Part shown: positions 15,284 through 25,449 of the stretch, piece after piece
How the letters are laid out: each line of letters starts with the position of its first letter
Numbering within the stretch: position 1 is the first letter of the stretch
Assembly: GCF_019464535.1 (NCBI RefSeq)
Contig: NZ_CP080507.1
Location: 1,680,001-1,712,000 of the forward strand
Source of the DNA: Horticoccus luteus
GTDB lineage: Bacteria; Verrucomicrobiota; Verrucomicrobiia; Opitutales; Opitutaceae
Length of the DNA stretch: 32,000 nt
Reading direction: 5' to 3'
Notes under the pieces: generated by a model
Told to the model about the DNA's origin: nothing
Databases searched by the model: none
Seen by the model: only the letters and a program-made list of their open reading frames with translations
Made by a program: the position numbers and the translations under genes

Positions 15284-16084
15284 GTGACGGGGCCCGAAGG
15301 AGCGGAGTCAAACCCGCAAGGCTGGCGGCAATTTCGCTTGAAACAAGGACCGGTGCGGCAGATCGCCGCGGAAGAATTGCGGAGCTGGATTTTGCATGAG
15401 TGCGATCGGCTGCTGGTGATCAACAAGCCGGGCGATGTGGTTTGTCATCCTTCCAAGGACGGACCTTGGTCGAGCCTCGTCGGGGCGGCGCGGGAATACA
15501 CGGGTTTGGCGACGATGCATCTGATTTTTCGTCTGGATCGGGAGACGAGCGGGGTGGTCGTGCTCGCCAAGGACGCGCGGATGGCGAGTCGGCTGCAGAA
15601 GGCGATGCAGGAGCGGCGGTGCCAAAAGGGCTACACAGCTATTCTGACGGGAAAGCTGGATGTTCCCACTTCGGTGGATCAGCCGCTGGGCGATGACGAA
15701 GCCGGTCCGGTGTTCATCAAAACCAAGGTGCGCCCGGATGGTCAGCGGGCAGTCACGCATTTCACACCGGTCGCCAGCACCGCGACGTTCACGCGGGCGG
15801 ATGTCAGCACGGAGACCGGCCGCAAGCACCAGATTCGGGCGCACGCGGCATGGTTAGGGCACGCGCTGGTGGGCGATAAAATTTACGGCCCGGACGCGCG
15901 ACTCTTTTTGGAGTTTATCGAGACCGGCTGGACGGATTCGCTGGCCCGACAGCTCGTGCTGCCGCGCCAGGCGCTGCATTGCGCGAGCATTGATCTGACG
16001 GCAGTCGGTCTGGAAACGGTTTTCACAGCGCCGCTGCCCCGGGATTTGGAGGCGTTTTGCGCGGAGCAACAGTTAACGCTTTGA
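15284..16084 (+). CDS. RluA-family pseudouridine synthase
   Basis: 266 aa with a GTG start at 15284. It contains LLVINKPGDVVCHP, FRLDRETSGVVVLAKD (catalytic Asp motif) and GRKHQIRAHAAWLGHALVGDKIYG. There is no S4 domain. Confidence 0.85.
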   Translation: MTGPEGAESNPQGWRQFRLKQGPVRQIAAEELRSWILHECDRLLVINKPGDVVCHPSKDGPWSSLVGAAREYTGLATMHLIFRLDRETSGVVVLAKDARMASRLQKAMQERRCQKGYTAILTGKLDVPTSVDQPLGDDEAGPVFIKTKVRPDGQRAVTHFTPVASTATFTRADVSTETGRKHQIRAHAAWLGHALVGDKIYGPDARLFLEFIETGWTDSLARQLVLPRQALHCASIDLTAVGLETVFTAPLPRDLEAFCAEQQLTL

Positions 16085-16817
16085 CCGCCGCCTGCACAGC
16101 GGCGACGAGCGTCGCGACGCGTTCCTCAAGCGGTAGTCGAGAGGCGGACTCCAGCGTGTAAGTGAGGGACGTGTGGTGTGCGCGCAGGTAGAGCGCCTCG
16201 GGCCAGTCGGGACGGGCTGCCGGATCGAGCAGGGGGCGAATGAGGCCACCTTGTGCCGCGCGACCATCGATCAAATCCGCCAGGTCGATCGGGCAAGTGG
16301 CACCGGCGGCGGCCAGGATCGCAGGTGCAAGGGTGGGTTGGCCAGCGGCGTTGAGTTCGTAAAGGTAAAAGCCAGTGGCTTCCCAGTCTTCATGAAGGCA
16401 AAGCGCGAGGTCGAACGGCGGCTGACGCGCGAGCCACGCGGTGTGCGCTTGGATCTCGAGGCTGCGCGGCGCAAGGTAGTCGCGATTCAGGTCGATGGCT
16501 AACGGCCCCTCGCGGGTTCCGCCGACGAAGCCGGCGGGGTTGAGCAGCGGACACACGAACCACGTGGCGCGTGCATCGAATACGCCAGTTTCCAGCAGGC
16601 GCAAAAGCGCGTGGGGCGGCGCGGGTTCGTCGCCATGAATGCCCGCTGAAAGATAGATGCGCGGGCGGGGGCCCGAGGTGCGGCGCGTAAGGGCGAGCAG
16701 GGGAACGCCGGCCGCTGAGCCCATGGTTTCGACGCGAAAGCCCGCCCGCGTTCCGGCCTGTGCGAACCGCGCGGCGAGCGCGGCCGGATCGATGGGAGCG
16801 GCTTTGACAGGCTTCAC
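16023..16817 (-). CDS. M14-like zinc peptidase / succinylglutamate desuccinylase-aspartoacylase superfamily protein
   Basis: 264 aa. [23 protein letters not shown] carries the HxxE zinc motif, and CLHEDWEA is a later His-containing motif. GTG start at 16817, with an alternative ATG at 16724. Its 3' end overlaps the convergent rluA-family gene by 62 nt. Confidence 0.65.
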   Translation of the reverse strand: MKPVKAAPIDPAALAARFAQAGTRAGFRVETMGSAAGVPLLALTRRTSGPRPRIYLSAGIHGDEPAPPHALLRLLETGVFDARATWFVCPLLNPAGFVGGTREGPLAIDLNRDYLAPRSLEIQAHTAWLARQPPFDLALCLHEDWEATGFYLYELNAAGQPTLAPAILAAAGATCPIDLADLIDGRAAQGGLIRPLLDPAARPDWPEALYLRAHHTSLTYTLESASRLPLEERVATLVAAVQAAVKALTVAPRKTPPNPGAAAL

Positions 16818-16845
16818 CGCTTGCTTCTTGCTGCGCAGCTACGTC

Positions 16846-18264
16846 ATGCCAAGCCACAATCCATCATCGCCCGCGGGGTCCAAAGTGCGGGTGCGTTTTG
16901 CCCCGAGTCCGACTGGTTTCTTTCACATCGGGAGCGCGCGCACGGCATTGTTCAACTGGCTTTACGCGCGGCACACCGGCGGAACGTTTATCCTGCGCAT
17001 CGAGGACACCGACAAGGAGCGCAACAGCGAGCCGTTCCTGAATGTCATCTACGACAGTCTCAACTGGCTCGGGCTGCGCTGGGATGAAGGCCCGCAGGTG
17101 GGCGGCGATTTTGGACCTTATCGTCAGAGTGAGCGCACGGCGATTTACCAGCAGTCCGTCGAGCGATTGTTCGCGGCCGGGCGCGCTTACGAGAAGGACG
17201 GCGCGGTGTGGTTCAAGTTGCTTGGCGAGCGGCGCGAGGTGTTTGACGATCATCGCAAGAAAACCGTCACCAAGGTGGCGACGCCGCCCGTGGTGATCGA
17301 GGATCGGATTCGCGGGCGGGTGGAGCGCGTGGAGGACGAGGACTTCGTCATCGTGCGTTCCGACGGCAATCCCGTGTTTCATTTGGTGAACGTCGTCGAC
17401 GATATCGCCATGAACATCACGCACGTCATCCGCGGCGAGGATCATTTGTCCAACACGAGCAAACATGTGCATTTGTTCGAAGCGTTCGGTGCGGCGCCGC
17501 CGGTGTTTGCGCACATTCCGCTCATTTTAAAACAGAACGGCCCGGGCAAGATGTCGAAGCGCGACCAAGGCGCCTTGGTGGAGGAATATCAGCGGCGGGG
17601 GTATCTCCCGGAGGCGCTGGTCAATTTTCTATCCTTGCTCGGATGGAATCCAGGGGATGATCGCGAAAAAATGCCGTTGGAGGAGATCGTGCGGCTGTTT
17701 GATCTGAAGGACGTCAACCAGAGCAACGCGCGCTTTGACGACAAGAAACTCGCGCACATGAACATGGTTTATCTGCTGGAGCAGCCGGCCGAGCGATTCG
17801 TGGCTCTGGCGCGAACCTACTTCGAAAGATTGTCGGATAACGCCTCGGCGAAAGCCGCGCTGTCGGCCGCACCGGATTATTTCCGCGAGGTGATGATGGT
17901 GAGTCAGCCGAAGGTGAAAGGCCTCGAGGAATTGCCGGCCTACACGGTTTATTTTTTCCAGGACGATTTTCCGATCGACCCGAAAGTGCGCGAAAAGGTG
18001 CTCGGAAAAGGTGATCCGCGCGCGCGGTTGAGTGAACTTTTCGCCGCCGCAGCCGAGATGGATTTCGGGAGCGACGCAGCGATCGAAGAAGCGATCAAAC
18101 AACTCGCGACGCAGCGCGGATTGGGTTTCGGCGACTACCAAGCCGTTGCGCGATTGGCGGTCACAGGCACGAATGCTGGCCCGAGCATCACGGGGATTTT
18201 CCGCATTTTGGGGCGTCAACGCGTGCACGACCGTCTGACGCGTTTCGCCCAAACCATCGTGTAA
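16846..18264 (+). CDS. gltX: glutamate--tRNA ligase
   Basis: I trimmed the ORF to the ATG at 16846 ([60 protein letters not shown]). It has the HIGH-type motif, a KMSKR motif (GPGKMSKRD), and the C-terminal anticodon-binding region. 472 aa. Confidence 0.95.
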   Translation: MPSHNPSSPAGSKVRVRFAPSPTGFFHIGSARTALFNWLYARHTGGTFILRIEDTDKERNSEPFLNVIYDSLNWLGLRWDEGPQVGGDFGPYRQSERTAIYQQSVERLFAAGRAYEKDGAVWFKLLGERREVFDDHRKKTVTKVATPPVVIEDRIRGRVERVEDEDFVIVRSDGNPVFHLVNVVDDIAMNITHVIRGEDHLSNTSKHVHLFEAFGAAPPVFAHIPLILKQNGPGKMSKRDQGALVEEYQRRGYLPEALVNFLSLLGWNPGDDREKMPLEEIVRLFDLKDVNQSNARFDDKKLAHMNMVYLLEQPAERFVALARTYFERLSDNASAKAALSAAPDYFREVMMVSQPKVKGLEELPAYTVYFFQDDFPIDPKVREKVLGKGDPRARLSELFAAAAEMDFGSDAAIEEAIKQLATQRGLGFGDYQAVARLAVTGTNAGPSITGIFRILGRQRVHDRLTRFAQTIV

Positions 18265-18285
18265 GAGACCAACTGGGGTGACGAA

Positions 18286-18315
18286 TGCCGGTGCCGCTGG
18301 CTCGCGGTGCTGGCA
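18286..18315 (+). other. plus-strand-specific RNA stem-loop just downstream of gltX (possible terminator or 3' stabiliser)
   Basis: ugccggugccgc-uggcuc-gcggugcuggca is a 12-bp stem that includes three G-U pairs. Those pairs would be C-A mismatches on the other strand. No U-tract follows, so it is not a classical intrinsic terminator. Confidence 0.3.
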
Positions 18316-18402
18316 TCCTCACGGGTGTGCAACGGCGTGCATTTGCCCGTCGCCCCTTAATCCTATCTGGCTTGTGGCCAGAGGATTGCCACACTGAGAA
18401 AC

Positions 18403-18479
<77 letters not shown>

Positions 18480-18518
18480 AACAAGAGAGGGGCGAACAAG
18501 ACGGACGCAGACTAACGG

Positions 18519-21091
<2,573 letters not shown>

Positions 21092-21142
21092 GCCGCCCCA
21101 GACGCTTGCCAACCCGGAGGGCTTTCGTAAGACCGGTGCTGC

Positions 21143-22486
21143 ATGGCGCTTCGCCCCATCCGGCTCTTTGCGATCGTCGCATTGCTGATCTCCACTCTCC
21201 GCGGAATGGCGGCGACGGACGATGCGTCGTCTCTCCAAACGCAGCTACAGGTGCTAATTGCCCAGAACGAGCGCTTGGAAAAGGCGGTGCACGAACAGCA
21301 AAAGTTGATCGCCGAACTCAGCGCCAGATTGAATGCGCTGCAGACCTCCGAGGTGCGGCACGATCAGGCGATCGAGAACCTGCAAGTGCAGACAAACGAG
21401 GCGCCCGCACCCGCGGATAAGCAGTTCGAATCGGAATCAAAAATTCATCTCTCGGGGGAAGTCGGACTCGCCTTTTTTCAAACAGGTGCGGGCGGAGCGT
21501 TTCCCAATGCGGAGTTTCGCGTGGACGAGGCAAAGATTTTTTTGGAGGCGGCGCTGGCGAAGGACACCTATTTGTTCACGGGTCTCGATATGGTGACGAG
21601 GGAGACGAATGATGAGTATTTCCATGTCGGGGAACTCTACGTGGATTTCGAAAACGTTGCGTCCTGGTTGGGCGCATCAGCGCCGGCGCTGACGCTTCGC
21701 GCCGGTCGATTCAACATTCCGTTCGGCGAGGAGTATCAAGTGCGGGGTGTGATGGATAATCCGCTCATTTCCCATTCGCTGAGCGACCTGTGGGGGTTTG
21801 ATGAAGGGATCGAGGTCTACGGCGGCGCAGGGAAATGGACCTACGTTTTTGCCGTGCAGAATGGCGGCCACAAATCGTTGCACGATTACGACTCCGACAA
21901 GGCTCTGGTCGGACGCATTGGCTATCGACCGGCGGAGTGGTTGTCCGTCAGTGCGAGTGCGATGCGCACGGGTGATTTATCCGTCGCGGGCGATGCGACC
22001 TCCGAGCTTTGGTTCGGCAACGGCTTTTTTCGGGCGCTCGGGCCGCCGGCGACAACGACGACCTTCAGCGCCGAGTTGTTCGAAGGTGATGCGGCGGCAA
22101 CGTGGCGCGGAGGACATTTCCGGGCGGCGGTCGGTCGGGCCCACTTCGACGACAACGACGGGGCGGCGGACAACGCCAGGCGGATCAGTTATTACTATAT
22201 CGAGGGCCTGCAGAACCTCGCCGACCGCGTTTACGGCGCGGTGCGCTGGAGCGAAATTCGCGCGCCGGGCGGATATCCGCTCGTGGGCTGGGGCGACTTC
22301 GGCAACTATTTCTACCGCTCGGCGGGCACGGACCGCTTGTGGCGAGCGAGCGCCGGGTTCGGCTATCGCCTCGCCTCACCGGTGCTGCTGAAGTTCGAAT
22401 ACACGATCGAACGTGGCCGGATGATCAATGGCGTGAAACGGGAGCACGAAGACTTTCTGTCCACCGAGCTCGGACTGAAATTCTAA
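21143..22486 (+). CDS. putative outer-membrane porin-like beta-barrel with N-terminal coiled coil
   Basis: 447 aa with signal peptide MALRPIRLFAIVALLISTLRGMAA. A roughly 45-aa heptad-like segment follows (LQTQLQVLIAQNERLEKAVHEQQKLIAELSARLNALQ). The rest shows alternating beta-strand patterning and ends in ...STELGLKF, a terminal Phe. Family not verified. Confidence 0.55.
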   Translation: MALRPIRLFAIVALLISTLRGMAATDDASSLQTQLQVLIAQNERLEKAVHEQQKLIAELSARLNALQTSEVRHDQAIENLQVQTNEAPAPADKQFESESKIHLSGEVGLAFFQTGAGGAFPNAEFRVDEAKIFLEAALAKDTYLFTGLDMVTRETNDEYFHVGELYVDFENVASWLGASAPALTLRAGRFNIPFGEEYQVRGVMDNPLISHSLSDLWGFDEGIEVYGGAGKWTYVFAVQNGGHKSLHDYDSDKALVGRIGYRPAEWLSVSASAMRTGDLSVAGDATSELWFGNGFFRALGPPATTTTFSAELFEGDAAATWRGGHFRAAVGRAHFDDNDGAADNARRISYYYIEGLQNLADRVYGAVRWSEIRAPGGYPLVGWGDFGNYFYRSAGTDRLWRASAGFGYRLASPVLLKFEYTIERGRMINGVKREHEDFLSTELGLKF

Positions 22487-22493
22487 TCAACTT

Positions 22494-23180
22494 ATGCGTC
22501 ACTGGCAGACATTATTGATCGGAGGGATTTGGGCCGCCGCCGCGATCGTGGCGGCCGGAGGAACCATTACGGGCACGGTTTCGGCGAAGGGCATGCTGCC
22601 GACATCAGATGCCGGAGAAGGTGGCGGCGCGTATGCCAGCCGGCGCTACAAGTTCGTCGAAAAAATGGACTATGTGCACCTGCGGGATTTCGTCGTGTCG
22701 ATCGACGAGCCGATGGCCAACATTGCTCCGGCGTCAGCGGCGATGGCCGTGACGATGCAGAAAGACGCGAGTTTTGATCCGCACGTTTTACCCATCGCCG
22801 TCGGCACGACTGTTCGCTGGCCCAACGAAGACGATATCTTCCACAACGTGTTCTCGATGTCCGATGCCAAGGAGTTCGACCTCGGCTACTACAAAAAGGA
22901 AAAGACACCGGAGATCGTTTTCGACAAGGTCGGCCGGGTGGACGTGTTCTGCGCCATTCATACCCGGATGCATTGCATCATCCTGGTCCTGCCGAATCCG
23001 TATTTCGCCAAGACCGATGCCCGGGGCCGGTTCATCATCAAGGATGTGCCGCCGGGCACTTACAAACTGAAGGCGTGGCATGAGCGGCTCCCTTCGGCGG
23101 TGCAGGAAGTCGTCGTGCCGGCCGAAGGGGAAGTGCACGTTGATTTCGTCCTGGGGTTGGGCGCGCTTCCGAAATACTAA
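22494..23180 (+). CDS. periplasmic cupredoxin-like protein (amicyanin/plastocyanin-type ligand set) with C-terminal CarboxypepD_reg-like beta-sandwich
   Basis: 228 aa with an N-terminal hydrophobic signal/anchor (LLIGGIWAAAAIVAAGG). VGTTVRWPNEDDIFHNVFS provides His117. VFCAIHTRMHC provides Cys153-x2-His156-x2-Met159, a type-1 copper ligand pattern. The C-terminal TDARGRFIIKDVPPGTYKLKAWHERL...EGEVHVDFVL resembles a carboxypeptidase-regulatory-like domain. It starts 7 nt after the upstream OM protein gene. Confidence 0.65.
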   Translation: MRHWQTLLIGGIWAAAAIVAAGGTITGTVSAKGMLPTSDAGEGGGAYASRRYKFVEKMDYVHLRDFVVSIDEPMANIAPASAAMAVTMQKDASFDPHVLPIAVGTTVRWPNEDDIFHNVFSMSDAKEFDLGYYKKEKTPEIVFDKVGRVDVFCAIHTRMHCIILVLPNPYFAKTDARGRFIIKDVPPGTYKLKAWHERLPSAVQEVVVPAEGEVHVDFVLGLGALPKY

Positions 23181-23183
23181 TTC

Positions 23184-25418
23184 GTGACTTCGTCCCGGAA
23201 AGGTTTCCGCCTGAGTCTGCAAACCAAGGTGCTGGCGGCGGTGCTCGTGGTGCTGGTGCTGCTCCCGGCGGTGACGTTGTGGATCGTCAACGACCGGATC
23301 AGCAGTCAGGTGCAGGATGAGTCGCGTCAGACGTTGATGACAGCGCGGGCGGTGTTTCTGCAATCGTTGGAGAACCATTCAGATGAGCTCGGGGCGCGCT
23401 ATCGCGGACTCGTGAATGACGGGCGGTTTGTGCAGATCCTGCGGCTGCGGGATGCCGAGACGTTGCGCGCCTATCTGCGGGACTTGCTGCAGGAAGTGGG
23501 GGACGACTGTGAGGAAATGTTCTTTGTGACGGATCACGACGAATTGCTGGCGGGCGTGCGTCGGGACGCGGCCCCCGCGCCGGTGGAGTTTGCGCGGGCG
23601 ACGGCGGCGATCACGCACGAGGCGCTCGCGGGCGAGGCAGGAACGGGCCGCGCGAGTCTGGAACGCCGGCTTTACAATGTCGTGGCGGTTCCCGTGACCG
23701 TGCCCGGAGGTTTGTCGGGCGCATTGGTCGTTGGCGTGCGAGTGGGCGATGCAGCGGCGCAACAGTTGAAAGCGCTCACGCGGACGGAGATGCTGCTCGT
23801 CGCCGATCACGCGGTAGTGGCCAGCACGCTGGCCGATCCGACGGCGATTGGGTCGGAATTGCTGAACACAGCGGCAGGCGGCGCGCTCGGACGGATCGAG
23901 CCCGTGATTGTAAATGGCGAGCGATTTCTCGCGTTGAACGGCGTGATCGAGGCCACTGCGCAGCCTCCGATCCATTACGTGCTGCTTTCGTCCCAAGAGA
24001 TGCGACGCCGAGGGCTCGAATCCACGCGGCGGATGCTGGTTGCGGTGAGCGGGCTGGGCATCCTGGTGAGCGCAATGGCGGTGTGGCTGTTCATCCGGCG
24101 AATCACCCGGCCGCTGCGGGAATTGCGCGACAGCGCTGAGGCCGTGGGACGCGGCGATTTTTCGCGGCGCATCGAACGCTTGTCGAATGACGAATGTGGC
24201 GAGCTGGCGGAGGAGTTCAACCGGATGACGACCAACCTGCAAACCTCGCACGCGGAATTGGAAAAAGCAGTCGTAACGTTGAAGGCGACGCAGGCGCAAT
24301 TGATCCAAAGCGAAAAGCTTTCCGCGGTGGGCCAGTTCGTCGCCGGGGTCGCGCACGAGTTAAATAACCCGTTGACCGCGGTGATTGGATTTTCGGATCT
24401 GCTGGCGCAGATGCCGGGGGACGAGAAGACCCGCTTGTATCAGGATCGCGTGGCGAAGAGTGCGCACCGCTGCCACAAGATCGTCCATAGTTTGCTGAGT
24501 TTTGCGCGGCAGCACCCACCGGAGCGGCGGTTGGTGGATGTGCGCCAACTGGTTGACGCGGTGCTGGAGATCATGGCTTACGATCTGCGCACCTCCAATA
24601 TCAAGGTGACGTCGGAGTGGGCGGCGGACGTGCCCGCACTGCTGGGGGATTCGCACCAGCTACAGCAGGTTTTTATCAATATCCTGGGCAACGCGCGCCA
24701 GGCGATTCAAGGCGTGCAAGACAAGGGACAAATTATCGTCCGAGTCTTCGCCGCGGGAGCGATGGTCCAGGTTGAATTCGAGGACGACGGGCCGGGCATC
24801 CGGCCGGAAAATCTCTCCCGCATCTTCGACCCGTTTTTCACCACCAAGCCGGTGGGCAAAGGAACCGGACTGGGGTTGAGCTTATCCTACGGCATCATTC
24901 AGGAGCACGGCGGAAAGATCTACGTGCGCAGCGAGCCGGGCCGCGGGGCCTGTTTTACGGTGGAACTGCCGGTGGCGCCGCAGAACGGCGCGCGCGACAT
25001 CGCGTCGCCCTTCGTGCTGCGCACGGCACCCGCCGGACGAGACTCCGGCCACTCGGTCCTCGTCGTGGATGACGAAGAATGGATTCTCGAACTCACCCGT
25101 GAACTGTTGGTCGACGACGGACATTTGGTCGAAACCGCGTCGAGCGGCGAACGGGCGCTAGAGTGGATCGCCCGACGGAAGTTCGATGTAGTCGTGTCAG
25201 ATTGGAAGATGCCCGGGCTGAACGGTGTGCACCTGTACGAGCATCTGCTCGCGACCAACGCGACGACTGCCGCGCGACTCATTTTCATGACCGGCGACGT
25301 GGTGAACGAAACGTTTGAGGCCTTTCTTAAGCGGCATGGAAAGCACCATCTTCCCAAGCCGTTCTCGATTGAAGAGTTTCGGGCCGCGGTCGCGCGGATG
25401 ATCGCGGCGCACAACTAA
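23184..25418 (+). CDS. hybrid sensor histidine kinase (TM - ~250-aa periplasmic domain - TM - HAMP - HisKA - HATPase_c - REC)
   Basis: 744 aa. The GTG start lies 3 nt after the cupredoxin stop. TM1 is VLAAVLVVLVLLPAVTLWIV and TM2 is MLVAVSGLGILVSAMAVWLFI. HAMP region: RPLRELRDSAEAVGRGDFSRRIE. H-box: AGVAHELNNPLTAV, with His at about residue 391 (codon 24354-24356). N/G boxes: NILGNARQA, DDGPGI, GTGLGLS. The C-terminal receiver is VLVVDDEEW...VVVSDWKMPGLNG, with Asp at about residue 673 (codon 25200-25202). Confidence 0.9.
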   Translation: MTSSRKGFRLSLQTKVLAAVLVVLVLLPAVTLWIVNDRISSQVQDESRQTLMTARAVFLQSLENHSDELGARYRGLVNDGRFVQILRLRDAETLRAYLRDLLQEVGDDCEEMFFVTDHDELLAGVRRDAAPAPVEFARATAAITHEALAGEAGTGRASLERRLYNVVAVPVTVPGGLSGALVVGVRVGDAAAQQLKALTRTEMLLVADHAVVASTLADPTAIGSELLNTAAGGALGRIEPVIVNGERFLALNGVIEATAQPPIHYVLLSSQEMRRRGLESTRRMLVAVSGLGILVSAMAVWLFIRRITRPLRELRDSAEAVGRGDFSRRIERLSNDECGELAEEFNRMTTNLQTSHAELEKAVVTLKATQAQLIQSEKLSAVGQFVAGVAHELNNPLTAVIGFSDLLAQMPGDEKTRLYQDRVAKSAHRCHKIVHSLLSFARQHPPERRLVDVRQLVDAVLEIMAYDLRTSNIKVTSEWAADVPALLGDSHQLQQVFINILGNARQAIQGVQDKGQIIVRVFAAGAMVQVEFEDDGPGIRPENLSRIFDPFFTTKPVGKGTGLGLSLSYGIIQEHGGKIYVRSEPGRGACFTVELPVAPQNGARDIASPFVLRTAPAGRDSGHSVLVVDDEEWILELTRELLVDDGHLVETASSGERALEWIARRKFDVVVSDWKMPGLNGVHLYEHLLATNATTAARLIFMTGDVVNETFEAFLKRHGKHHLPKPFSIEEFRAAVARMIAAHN

Positions 25419-25449
25419 CGCGACGATTCCGCGGAAGGCAGTTGGCCAA

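Noticed and set aside
15004-15426. A long N-terminal extension of the hpf ORF (263-aa track ORF), and the small ORFs at 15052-15261 and 15120-15311 in the hpf/rluA intergenic region.
   Set aside because: HPF homology starts at the ATG at 15003. The extension is R/P/S-rich and would run into the rluA-family gene. The small ORFs have no motifs and sit in a divergent promoter region.
16724-16817. Moving the M14-like peptidase start from GTG 16817 to ATG 16724. The reason to consider it is that only 28 nt separate GTG 16817 from the divergent gltX ATG.
   Set aside because: The segment [26 protein letters not shown] looks like the usual N-terminal strand region that precedes the HxxE motif in this superfamily, so I kept the longer form. 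The uncertainty is noted in the feature.
16657-16845. An upstream extension of gltX (535-aa track ORF), and similarly the 28411-28662 extension of the lipoprotein ORF and the 27589-27702 extension of the GH38 ORF.
   Set aside because: In each case the recognisable N-terminus starts at an internal ATG: the class-I synthetase core, the signal peptide plus lipobox, and MRTVHLIFNAHLD respectively. The extension overlaps, or nearly reaches, the divergent or upstream neighbour.
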